Virus record (IMG/VR): IMGVR_UViG_3300032218_000766 | Coordinates: 1-31,005 of that record | Direction: 5' to 3' (one strand) | Length of the DNA stretch: 31,005 bases | DNA from: a virus | Taxonomy: Duplodnaviria > Caudoviricetes | Part shown: positions 9,159 to 16,885 of the stretch, one piece after another | How the letters are laid out: the number at the start of each line of letters is the position of its first letter | Position numbering within the stretch: position 1 is the stretch's first letter | Notes under the pieces: model-generated | Databases searched by the model: none | What the model was told of the DNA's origin: nothing | Seen by the model: only the letters and a program-made list of their open reading frames with translations | Program-made: the position numbers and the translations under genes

Positions 9159-9437
9159 ATGGCAATGAAAGAACAACAAAGAACCGTTTACCGCTCAATG
9201 CAGGGTAAAGAGGTAGATATGCATAAACTAGCTATGCAAAACGAAATGACTGTTGCAGTTGGCAACGCTCGAGTTAATGCCCGCGGCGACGAACTCGGCC
9301 CAGGCGGCAAGATTGTTAAAAAACGTGAAGATGTGCTTAAAGAGTACTATCAAGATCATCCGCAAACTGTTCCTGAAGAAACACCAACTCGCAGAACAAA
9401 AAATATAGAGAACATGGATCCAAAAGGTAACGAATAA
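9159..9437 (+). CDS. Hypothetical phage protein (92 aa) coupled to groES
   Basis: SD AAGGAG, variant late motif TAAGTA at 9129-9134, TAATG overlap with the next gene. Confidence 0.75.
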   Translation: MAMKEQQRTVYRSMQGKEVDMHKLAMQNEMTVAVGNARVNARGDELGPGGKIVKKREDVLKEYYQDHPQTVPEETPTRRTKNIENMDPKGNE

Positions 9438-9838
9438 TGAACGTAGTCAAAGGTAAACTTGTACCATTGCGTGATAACATACTTGTTACAGATATGAACT
9501 TTGACGCACGGGTAACAGCAGGCGGTATTGTATTACCAAGTGACGATGGTAAAAGCGAAGGCATTAGGCATCGTTGGGGTCGTGTTTGGGCCATTGGTCC
9601 AGAACAAAAAGATGTTCAAGTCGGAGAATGGATTCTACTCGAACATGGCCGATGGACACGTGGTGTAAAAGTTGAAGACGACAACGGCAACGAGATTGTT
9701 ATTCGTCGAGCTGACATCAATGCAATATTAATGGTAACTGATGAAGATCCAGGAGATAATACTTATGGATATCATTCTAAAGTATCACACGCTGAGTTTG
9801 ATCCTGCATCTTTTGCAAGACCAAGTTTCGAACAATAA
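9437..9838 (+). CDS. groES: GroES/Cpn10-like co-chaperonin
   Basis: LVPLRDNILV, mobile loop TAGGIVLP, GRVWAIGP, VQVGEWIL and ADINAIL, followed by a roughly 30-aa C-terminal extension. Confidence 0.88.
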   Translation: MNVVKGKLVPLRDNILVTDMNFDARVTAGGIVLPSDDGKSEGIRHRWGRVWAIGPEQKDVQVGEWILLEHGRWTRGVKVEDDNGNEIVIRRADINAILMVTDEDPGDNTYGYHSKVSHAEFDPASFARPSFEQ

Positions 9839-9854
9839 TATAAACTAAATGAGC

Positions 9855-9879
9855 AACAGGGCTATTGACAAGCCCTGTT
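9855..9879 (+). terminator. Hairpin after groES, likely terminator
   Basis: AACAGGGCT-ATTGACA-AGCCCTGTT is a perfect 9-bp stem. The U-tract is weak (TTCTCTCC). Confidence 0.55.
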
Positions 9880-9893
9880 CTCTCCTGTATACT
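9865..9893 (+). promoter_or_regulatory. Sigma70-type promoter
   Basis: TTGACA (9865-9870), 17 nt, TATACT (9888-9893). SD AAGGAG then ATG 9916. Confidence 0.8.
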
Positions 9894-9915
9894 GTACTAG
9901 TATAAGGAGATTCAT

Positions 9916-10158
9916 ATGAGCACACATGGCGAAGCAGTAGAAGATATTAAAAAAGCAAAAGCAGTTTTAGATACCCCGGGTACACCCGAAACTACTGAAC
10001 TCAAACATCCAGATCCAAAAAAACATTTATATATTAGCCTTGTAAAAAGTGCAATCCGAATAGTTGCTGGCGGTTGCCTAGTTAGCGGTAATCTAATATT
10101 TGCCGGTGCTGGATTTATCTTAGCCGAAGCATTAGGCATTGTAGAAGAACTTGTTTAA
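9916..10158 (+). CDS. Small membrane protein
   Basis: Strong SD. Hydrophobic C-terminal half (ISLVKSAIRIVAGGCLV...LIFAGAGFILAEALGIV). Confidence 0.75.
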   Translation: MSTHGEAVEDIKKAKAVLDTPGTPETTELKHPDPKKHLYISLVKSAIRIVAGGCLVSGNLIFAGAGFILAEALGIVEELV

Positions 10159-10296
10159 ATGGAATCCCATCGCATTAAATGTATTTGTTGCGGTTGGAGT
10201 GGAGTAATAGACGAGGCCACCGCTGAAGAAGAGTTTGGCAACTTAGCTTGTCCAGTTTGCGGCGACATAGATTTAGAATACGAGACAGAAGAATAA
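10159..10296 (+). CDS. Small zinc-ribbon protein (45 aa, not in the ORF track)
   Basis: MESHRIKCICCGWSGVIDEATAEEEFGNLACPVCGDIDLEYETEE has CxxC and CPxCG knuckles and fills the gap exactly between stop 10158 and start 10298. Confidence 0.8.
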   Translation: MESHRIKCICCGWSGVIDEATAEEEFGNLACPVCGDIDLEYETEE

Positions 10297-10297
10297 T

Positions 10298-11014
10298 ATG
10301 TTATTTTGGAAAAAATCCCCAAAGGTAAAAGTACGTTGTTACTCGCCGTGGCCTCAGCTAATAGACTTATTTCCAGTTGAGGAAACTAAAAAGTTTACTC
10401 CTCAATGGTTTAAAAACGTTGACCCATATGTTAATTACAACCGTGTATCTGGCCCTACTATCAAAGTATGCCCAGGGTTTAACGATTTGTATAAAAGAGG
10501 TTTTGTTGTTCCGTTATGGGAAGATTACAAAATTAAATGGAGTAACAGTGGTCTTATGGATGTTGTAACTCCTAATAACCGTAAAATAGAACTACAGGAT
10601 ACTCACCCTGTTGAAGCAAGGGGCGGCGCATTTAAAGGTTGGACTCACGTTAAACTGCATAACGTATGGATGTTTGAAACCGATCGAGTTGTGCCATTTA
10701 TGTTGATTGACACTACTTGGAATCGAGAAGATCATCAAAATTTTATTGTGCCGCCTGGGGTTGTTGAGTTTAAATATCAGCATGCCTTAAACATCAATAT
10801 GTTTTTACCGCCACTGCCGTTTAATCAAACTAAAGAAATAGAGATTGCGGCTGGAACTCCTATGATACAACTGGTTCCACTTGAACCAGTTGATCTTGAA
10901 ATAGAATGTATTCCTGCAGATGATAAAAAGCTAGATCAGTTACGTTTATATCGTTGGACTTTCAACGGTGTATATTTAAAAACCAAAAAATATTTACAAA
11001 GAGATAAAACATGA
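10298..11014 (+). CDS. Hypothetical phage protein, possibly dUTPase-like beta-clip fold
   Basis: TIKVCPGFNDL..GFVVPLW, PPGVV and IAAGTPMIQLVPL; the last resembles the 'I..G..IAQLV' strand of the dUTPase fold. Canonical dUTPase catalytic motifs are not seen. Confidence 0.5.
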   Translation: MLFWKKSPKVKVRCYSPWPQLIDLFPVEETKKFTPQWFKNVDPYVNYNRVSGPTIKVCPGFNDLYKRGFVVPLWEDYKIKWSNSGLMDVVTPNNRKIELQDTHPVEARGGAFKGWTHVKLHNVWMFETDRVVPFMLIDTTWNREDHQNFIVPPGVVEFKYQHALNINMFLPPLPFNQTKEIEIAAGTPMIQLVPLEPVDLEIECIPADDKKLDQLRLYRWTFNGVYLKTKKYLQRDKT

Positions 11015-11925
11015 AAGAACTATGGGTAGAAAAATACAGGCCTAAAACATTAGAGCATTATGTTTTTAGAGATTCACATCAAAAACAACAAATCGAAATG
11101 TGGATTAAAGACGGCAGTATTCCTCATTTGCTATTAAGTGGTGCGGCTGGTATTGGTAAAACTACTCTGGCTAAAATCTTGTTTAATGAGCTAGACATTA
11201 ATGATCTTGACATTTTAGAGATTAACGCTAGTCGAGAAAACGATGTAGCAACTGTAAGAGATAAAATCGTAAACTTTGTACAGATGATTCCGTTTGGTAA
11301 CTTTAAAGTTGTGCTACTTGATGAAGCAGATTACTTGTCGCCAAATGCACAAGCGGCACTTCGTGGTGTTATGGAAACATATCATTCAACTGCTAGATTT
11401 ATTTTAACCTGCAACTATCCTAACAGGATTATTCCTGCTATTCATAGTCGTTGCCAAGGTTTTCATATTGAAAAAGTTGATCAGAATGAGTTTACTGCTC
11501 GTGTAGCAACTATTCTTATTACAGAAGAAGTTACTTTTGACATCGATACGCTAGATACATTTGTCAAAGCAACTTATCCAGATTTGCGTAAGTGCATTAA
11601 CATGGTGCAAATGAACAGTATGGACGGGTCATTGCATAGTCCAGAAAAAGGCGACACAGGTGAAGCCGATTATAAAATTCAAATGGTTGAACTGTTCAAG
11701 GCGGGTAAGATTAGTGAAGCCCGTAAACTAGTCTGCGGACAAGCTCGACCTGAAGAGATTGAAGATATATACCGATGGTTGTACGATAACATTGCTTTAT
11801 TCGGTGATGATGCTAAACAAGAAAAGGCAATCCTTGTTATTAAACAAGGTATGGTTGACCACACTCTAGTAAGTGACCCAGAAATTAATCTGTCAGCAAC
11901 ACTTATTAGACTACAGTACATATGA
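11011..11925 (+). CDS. Sliding-clamp loader AAA+ subunit (T4 gp44/RFC small subunit-like)
   Basis: LWVEKYRP, Walker A GAAGIGKTT, EINAS, Walker B LLDEAD, FILTCN, SRC arginine finger and DLRKCIN. Confidence 0.93.
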   Translation: MKELWVEKYRPKTLEHYVFRDSHQKQQIEMWIKDGSIPHLLLSGAAGIGKTTLAKILFNELDINDLDILEINASRENDVATVRDKIVNFVQMIPFGNFKVVLLDEADYLSPNAQAALRGVMETYHSTARFILTCNYPNRIIPAIHSRCQGFHIEKVDQNEFTARVATILITEEVTFDIDTLDTFVKATYPDLRKCINMVQMNSMDGSLHSPEKGDTGEADYKIQMVELFKAGKISEARKLVCGQARPEEIEDIYRWLYDNIALFGDDAKQEKAILVIKQGMVDHTLVSDPEINLSATLIRLQYI

Positions 11926-12440
11926 AAGAAAAGCTAAAACTAGCCTACATAAAAACTGCGGAAACATTTGCAGAGCTTTCTCATGCACGTAGATTACATG
12001 TAGGTGCTATTATTGTCAAAGATGATCGTATTATATCTATTGGCTACAATGGCATGCCGGCTGGTTGGGATAACAACTGTGAAGATCGAGTGTACGACTC
12101 TGGAGCAGGTGGGTGGATTAGTCCTGAAGAGTTCGATGAGAAATATCCGTACACTGAATACAATGAAGATGCTGAAGAAGAATATAGATACGGCTTAAAA
12201 ACTAAACCGGAGGTACTACATGCTGAAACAAATGCAATCGCTAAGTTGGCTAAAAGCACTGAATCTGGTGCTGATGCTACTATGTTTATTACTCACGCTC
12301 CTTGTTTGGATTGTGCCAAACTTATATACCAGTCTGGCATTCGGAGTGTCTTTTATCGTGACGCTTATCGTAGCGAAACTGGAATACAATTTCTCCAACA
12401 GTCAGGGGTAACTGTAGAGCAAATAAAAAAAGGGCCCTGA
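11922..12440 (+). CDS. dCMP deaminase
   Basis: VGAIIVK..RIISIGYNG.P, HAETNAI and PCLDC zinc motifs. Confidence 0.93.
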   Translation: MKEKLKLAYIKTAETFAELSHARRLHVGAIIVKDDRIISIGYNGMPAGWDNNCEDRVYDSGAGGWISPEEFDEKYPYTEYNEDAEEEYRYGLKTKPEVLHAETNAIAKLAKSTESGADATMFITHAPCLDCAKLIYQSGIRSVFYRDAYRSETGIQFLQQSGVTVEQIKKGP

Positions 12441-12451
12441 GGCCCTTTTTT
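12425..12451. terminator. Bidirectional intrinsic terminator
   Basis: A7-GGGCC-CTGA-GGCCC-T6 lies between the convergent dCMP deaminase and phoH genes. The deaminase TGA is in the loop and the phoH TAA overlaps the T-tract. Confidence 0.9.
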
Positions 12452-13166
12452 AATCACCGTATATCGATAACACCTCCTTTACGGCATGATGTCTTTCTAT
12501 GTCTCGAGCATCAAACTCGACACTATCGATATGCTTTAAATTTTTAGACCCTTTTAATAGGTTACAAAAATTTATTAATCCATTATCATTTAGTCTATCA
12601 GCTTGGGCTAGGTCGCCTGTGACTACCATCTTAGAGCCCTCTCCTAAACGGGTTAGTAGCATCTTCATCTGATTTACAGTGGCATTTTGCATTTCGTCTG
12701 CAATAACATAGGCATTTTTAAATGTCCTGCCACGCATATAGGCCAACGGGCTAATCTCTATTACACCTTCATAGAGCATATTCTCTATATCTTTCTGTTG
12801 ATAGTATTCTCCTAATACGTCAAAAATAGGTCTTGTCCATGGTGCCATCTTTTCATTAAGTGTGCCTGGTAAAAATCCTAAATCCTCATCTACTGAAACG
12901 GCGGGTCTTGTAACTATGAGTTTTTCTACTTTTCCCTCTTGAAACATTTTAATGCCAGTCTGTACTGCTAACAAAGTTTTACCCGTACCTGCAGGACCCA
13001 TAGCAAACACTATGCTTTTGCTATCGTCTTGTAGTTTTTCAAGGTAGATTTTTTGTGCGTTATTACGCGGATACAGGCTTACACGCTGTTTTTTTTGAGG
13101 ATGATAGCTATTAAAATCTATCACATTTACGTTTGAAGTAAAACGTTTCTTCACTCTCTTACTCAT
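12450..13166 (-). CDS. phoH: PhoH-family ATPase
   Basis: GPAGTGKT, VTRPAV, LGFLPG, PLAYMRGRTF, ADEMQN, LTRLG, TGDLAQ and RH motifs. SD AGGAG upstream. Confidence 0.96.
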   Translation of the reverse strand: MSKRVKKRFTSNVNVIDFNSYHPQKKQRVSLYPRNNAQKIYLEKLQDDSKSIVFAMGPAGTGKTLLAVQTGIKMFQEGKVEKLIVTRPAVSVDEDLGFLPGTLNEKMAPWTRPIFDVLGEYYQQKDIENMLYEGVIEISPLAYMRGRTFKNAYVIADEMQNATVNQMKMLLTRLGEGSKMVVTGDLAQADRLNDNGLINFCNLLKGSKNLKHIDSVEFDARDIERHHAVKEVLSIYGD

Positions 13167-13248
13167 TAAGTTGTCTCCTACTAAATGATAGTAGGACTTG
13201 TAGTGACCGCCTCGATAACTACAGAGGTCCTACACAGTTATTTACTGT
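13167..13248 (-). promoter_or_regulatory. phoH late promoter (TAAATA, 13244-13239) and structured 5' leader with alternative pairings over the SD
   Basis: On the - strand, GTAGGAC/GTCCTAC and TGTAGT/ACTACA form a long stem, while TCCTACTA/TAGTAGGA forms a mutually exclusive stem covering most of the SD AGGAG. Confidence 0.6.
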
Positions 13249-13291
13249 ATTAGACAAATAATAAACTGATACGTTATGATTTTAAACCAGC

Positions 13292-13297
13292 TAAATA
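13292..13297 (+). promoter_or_regulatory. Late promoter TAAATA, divergent from the phoH promoter
   Basis: GCTAAATAAG lies 26 nt before ATG 13324 and is followed by the perfect palindrome TAGAAGCTTCTA (13302-13313). Confidence 0.65.
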
Positions 13298-13323
13298 AGT
13301 ATAGAAGCTTCTAGGACTTAAAA

Positions 13324-13905
13324 ATGCATGATATATTAGACGTCATACGCAATATACAAGATCTTTACGAAAACAACTCTAGTTTAGGTGTTTTAAAAGA
13401 CTTTGAGCGTGTACTAGACGAAATGGATTTGTACGTATACAAAAACTGGATTGACGGTGAGTTAGCCTACGGTCCTAAAGTTAGCCGTCATTGGATCACA
13501 TGCGGTTTTATGTGGCCACATGATAAGATGCCTGATCCAGTAGGCGGTAGTAGGCTATTAGATATTGGTTGTAAAATCAGCTATCAAAAAAGTCATGTTG
13601 TCGAGCCTAGAAAAATTAAAACACCCGACGATTTTCGCCCTGGAACAAAGAAAGGTAAACTTGATCATCATCCTGTATGGATTGTAGAAATCACAATGCC
13701 TAAAAAACTAGCATTTGATATCTATAAAGGATATATGGATAAAATGAAAGAAGATATGTCTGATGCGGAAAGTTTACAAGGTACAGGCGGAACTGCGGCT
13801 AAGCAAACAGCGGCGCCGGCACAACCTGCACCAGCTCCGGCGGCAGCACCAGCAGGAGCCGCTCCTGCACCAGGTGGAGCACCGTCAGCACCTCCGGCGG
13901 CATAA
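13324..13905 (+). CDS. Hypothetical phage protein with Pro/Ala-rich C-terminal tail
   Basis: Globular region of about 145 aa (LKDFERVLDE.DLYVYKNW..GE...GP, MPDP.GG.RL), then a PAAPA low-complexity tail. SD AGGA. Confidence 0.8.
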   Translation: MHDILDVIRNIQDLYENNSSLGVLKDFERVLDEMDLYVYKNWIDGELAYGPKVSRHWITCGFMWPHDKMPDPVGGSRLLDIGCKISYQKSHVVEPRKIKTPDDFRPGTKKGKLDHHPVWIVEITMPKKLAFDIYKGYMDKMKEDMSDAESLQGTGGTAAKQTAAPAQPAPAPAAAPAGAAPAPGGAPSAPPAA

Positions 13906-13914
13906 GGAATAACT

Positions 13915-14634
13915 ATGGCGCTAAGAGAAAACGATTTAATAAATTTAGTAGATCATATTTTTGGCATTGATTGCTACAAAAGTAAACTAGGCAACGACCG
14001 TGATACATGTGTATTAAGTTTTACTGTTGAGTTTGATGAGCCTGCTAAAGATTTAGAAAACTTCCTTGAAATGGGTTACAACTATATTTTAGATGCAGAT
14101 GTTAGTCCCGGGGAAATGGAAGATGATCGATATCGTGTTTATGTTGAGATTGAAAGATCAAGACATTTACCTGAACAAATATTAGAAATACTTGACGGGT
14201 TAGAAAAACTAACCAGCATTGAAAAGTTTAAGTTTAGATACTATAAAAGTTTCAGAAGCCATGAAGCCACTGAAGAAAATATAAGAAAGTTTGTTCCTAT
14301 TGACGGAAGTTCTTATGATAGAGCGGTAGACGAATATAGCTTAAACAACTTTAGTAACTTTTTCTCTAACAGCTATGTAAGTGAAACAAGTGTGTTAGAT
14401 GAAACAATAACATTTAAAAATGCATGGGGTAGTCCTGTTAAGTTTAACATAGTAGCAAGCGGCCCTAAAACAGATGTGTATGACAGTGTTAAAGGTCCGA
14501 TAATGTTAGAAAGCAAGGACATTGCTGAAACTATGTTTTTTACTAAGTATATTGGTAACTACAATATTACTAAAGTAGGAAATACATTTATATTTGAAAA
14601 TAAAGGTTGGGCTGTTGCCCTGGAGAAACTATAA
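13915..14634 (+). CDS. Hypothetical phage protein
   Basis: 239-aa ORF with SD TAAGGA, coupled to the endolysin by TAATG. Confidence 0.8.
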   Translation: MALRENDLINLVDHIFGIDCYKSKLGNDRDTCVLSFTVEFDEPAKDLENFLEMGYNYILDADVSPGEMEDDRYRVYVEIERSRHLPEQILEILDGLEKLTSIEKFKFRYYKSFRSHEATEENIRKFVPIDGSSYDRAVDEYSLNNFSNFFSNSYVSETSVLDETITFKNAWGSPVKFNIVASGPKTDVYDSVKGPIMLESKDIAETMFFTKYIGNYNITKVGNTFIFENKGWAVALEKL

Positions 14635-15266
14635 TGGCAAATAGATTTGATTTTAATTTTACGCAGGAAAAGTTTGAAGCGATCATAGGAAAAAATCCTT
14701 ATGCTGATCACTGGTTTGAAGCATTATGCGAAATTCTTCCAGACTATGATATTAACACAGTTCCACGTGTTGCGGCTTTCCTAGCACAAACAGCACACGA
14801 GTCTGGTGGGTATCGTGCTATCAAAGAAAATCTAAACTATCGTGCAGAAAGTTTATGTAAAGTTTGGCCGCGTTATTTTCCTAATATTGATGTAGCACGT
14901 CAGTATGCACAGCAGCCAGAGCGTATTGCCAACAGAGCTTACGCTAACCGTATGGGCAATGGTCCAGAAGAAAGCGGTGATGGTTGGAAGTTCTGTGGAC
15001 GTGGTCTTATCCAGTTGACTGGTAAAGACAACTATACACGTTATGCACAAAGTTTAGAAATCAGCTTAGACGAAGCTAGTGAGCACCTAACAACTTTTGA
15101 AGGTTGTGTACAAAGTGCCGCTTGGTTCTGGGAAAATAACAACTTAAATCAGTTTGCAGATAGCGGTGATATTCTAACAATGACCAAGCGTATTAACGGT
15201 GGTACATTAGGATTAGAAGATCGTCAAAAGCATTATCAACACGCACTACACGTATTAGGTGGTTAA
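14634..15266 (+). CDS. Glycoside hydrolase family 19 endolysin
   Basis: RVAAFLAQTAHESGG, ENLNY, ANRAYANRMGNG, GRGLIQLTGKDNY, SAAWFW and TKRINGG. Start moved to ATG 14634 (GGAG at 14622-14625). Confidence 0.92.
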   Translation: MANRFDFNFTQEKFEAIIGKNPYADHWFEALCEILPDYDINTVPRVAAFLAQTAHESGGYRAIKENLNYRAESLCKVWPRYFPNIDVARQYAQQPERIANRAYANRMGNGPEESGDGWKFCGRGLIQLTGKDNYTRYAQSLEISLDEASEHLTTFEGCVQSAAWFWENNNLNQFADSGDILTMTKRINGGTLGLEDRQKHYQHALHVLGG

Positions 15267-15267
15267 T

Positions 15268-15732
15268 ATGAGTCAGCTTGGATGGATGTTAAGTCTTATT
15301 CCAGATAGTCTGTTTGTTTGGATCTATTATATAATGTTTACGCTGGGCGTAGGTCTCTACGTTGCTAGCAAACTTGTAAAATGGATCCCTATGATGGGGC
15401 AATACAAACTACCAGCAGAACTAGTAGGTGTTGTACTATTAGTATTTGGTGCATATTTCTTTGGTGGATATGGTGTTCAAGAAGCATGGCAAGCTCGTGT
15501 TAAAGAACTAGAAGAAAAAGTCAAAGCCGCCGAAGAAAAATCACAACAAGTTAATACTGTAATACAAACCAAGGTTGTTGAACGTGTTAAGGTTGTAGAA
15601 AAGAAAGTAGAAGTGGTTAAAACAATCATACAAAAAGACAAAGAACTAATCAATGCAGAATGTAAAGTTCCAGAAATTGCAGTTATTGATTACAACCAAG
15701 CAGTAGCAGATCCTACAGAGGAGAAAAAATGA
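15268..15732 (+). CDS. Inner-membrane spanin (Rz-like)
   Basis: N-terminal transmembrane segments, coiled coil (WQARVKELEEKVKAAEEK), single C-terminal Cys. Lies between the endolysin and a lipoprotein gene. Confidence 0.7.
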   Translation: MSQLGWMLSLIPDSLFVWIYYIMFTLGVGLYVASKLVKWIPMMGQYKLPAELVGVVLLVFGAYFFGGYGVQEAWQARVKELEEKVKAAEEKSQQVNTVIQTKVVERVKVVEKKVEVVKTIIQKDKELINAECKVPEIAVIDYNQAVADPTEEKK

Positions 15733-15998
15733 AAAAGTTTTTAGCAATAATCCTCGTTACTCTAGTAACTGGGTGCGGCACTGCTCCTGTAGTTGTTAAG
15801 TTCCCAGATGCACCAGAAGTATTAATGCAACCTGCTGGAAAGCTAACACCGTTAGATGCTAGCAAAAAAGTAGAACTAAGCGATATTATAGAAAATGCCA
15901 ACGAAAATGCTGGAAAATACTATGCTCTTAGAGAAAAGTATAATGCATGGATAGAATGGTATAATAGCCAAAAGAAGATATTTGATAGCATCAAATAA
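15729..15998 (+). CDS. Outer-membrane spanin lipoprotein (Rz1-like)
   Basis: Signal peptide II MKKFLAIILVTLVTG-C, then a Pro-rich stretch (APVVVKFPDAPEVLMQP) and a helix. ATGA overlap with the i-spanin. Confidence 0.78.
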   Translation: MKKFLAIILVTLVTGCGTAPVVVKFPDAPEVLMQPAGKLTPLDASKKVELSDIIENANENAGKYYALREKYNAWIEWYNSQKKIFDSIK

Positions 15999-16001
15999 AT
16001 A
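15996..16001 (+). promoter_or_regulatory. Late promoter TAAATA overlapping the o-spanin stop codon
   Basis: AATAAATAG lies 28 nt before ATG 16030 (SD AAGGAG). Confidence 0.6.
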
Positions 16002-16029
16002 GTAGTATATTAAGCCAAAGGAGCGAACA

Positions 16030-16593
16030 ATGGCAGATCAAGTAGCAGTGAGCGATTCAGAAAAGAAAAAAGAAGATTGGATGAACAGTAAATGGCGTCC
16101 AATGATGGGTTGGATGTATATGCTAGTCTGTACTATGGACATGGTCATATTTCCAATCCTATGGAGTTTACTACAAACATTTACTCATACACAAATCACA
16201 CAATGGAATCCACTAACACTTCAAGGTGCCGGTTTGTTCCACATTGCGATGGGTGCTGTACTTGGTATTGCGGCTTTCGGTCGTACACAAGAAAAACTTA
16301 ACGGAGCAAACAATGGCGGACTACAAACACCAGCAACAGGATTTGCGAGCGGGGCACCAGCATTTAGCCCACCTGCATCAGGAGGCTTCGGCGCTCCCAG
16401 CACAAGTTTTGGTTCAGCACCACTTGGCGGGAACACCGCAAGTAGCTTTGGCGGAGGCGGCTTTGGAGGCGCACCTGCAACGCCAGCATTCGGGGCACCA
16501 GTTTCAACAACAGTAACACAAACATTTGGTGGTGTAGGAACTACAGCCAGCGGTAAAAAGATTGTTCCAGATTTTGATCAACCCGTATTATAA
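16030..16593 (+). CDS. Holin (3TM/GTA-holin-like family) with Gly/Phe-rich disordered tail
   Basis: W...WRPMMGW, hydrophobic segments and LG...FGRTQEK are typical of this holin family. Adjacent to the endolysin and spanins. Confidence 0.72.
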   Translation: MADQVAVSDSEKKKEDWMNSKWRPMMGWMYMLVCTMDMVIFPILWSLLQTFTHTQITQWNPLTLQGAGLFHIAMGAVLGIAAFGRTQEKLNGANNGGLQTPATGFASGAPAFSPPASGGFGAPSTSFGSAPLGGNTASSFGGGGFGGAPATPAFGAPVSTTVTQTFGGVGTTASGKKIVPDFDQPVL

Positions 16594-16603
16594 GGAAAAT
16601 ATT

Positions 16604-16816
16604 ATGAAAAAGCTATTAGCACTATTAGCCATTGCATTTGCTAGCACAGCATTTGCTGGCGGAGAAGTAAAAGAAGTTTGTACACCAAAGGTAGACAAAG
16701 CAGGTAAAGCTGTAATGGATAAGAAAACTGGTAAGCAAGCTGAAGATTGTAAGAAAATCAAAACTCACAAGAAAGTAGAAGGCGACAAAGTTCCAGAACC
16801 AGCCAAGAAAAAGTAA
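16604..16816 (+). CDS. Small secreted/periplasmic basic protein (70 aa)
   Basis: SD TAAGGA then ATG 16604. Signal peptide MKKLLALLAIAFASTAFA. Mature part is Lys-rich with two Cys. Confidence 0.75.
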   Translation: MKKLLALLAIAFASTAFAGGEVKEVCTPKVDKAGKAVMDKKTGKQAEDCKKIKTHKKVEGDKVPEPAKKK

Positions 16817-16824
16817 TCAAACTC

Positions 16825-16853
16825 TTGACAGGGTAAGTGTCAGATAGTATAAT
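16825..16853 (+). promoter_or_regulatory. Perfect-consensus sigma70 promoter
   Basis: TTGACA (16825-16830), 17 nt, TATAAT (16848-16853). Confidence 0.88.
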
Positions 16854-16879
16854 TACTATTATGACCTTACCCTATTTTT
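16830..16879 (+). terminator. Long imperfect hairpin plus T-tract ending the lysis operon
   Basis: AGGGTAAG/CTTACCCT, GTCA/TGAC and ATAGTA/TACTAT pair around the loop TAAT, followed by ATTTTT. Confidence 0.65.
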
Positions 16880-16885
16880 ACGACT

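Noticed and set aside
9100-9160. Frameshift, read-through or split intein completing the DnaE fragment
   Set aside because: No slippery site, intein-like sequence or downstream PDxD motif was seen. The next gene has its own SD and an unrelated sequence.
13302-13313. Perfect 12-bp palindrome TAGAAGCTTCTA
   Set aside because: It is a single occurrence with no loop and I noticed no second copy, so there is not enough to call an operator.
13795-13905. GC-rich repetitive stretch
   Set aside because: It is explained by a Pro/Ala low-complexity protein tail, not a separate element.
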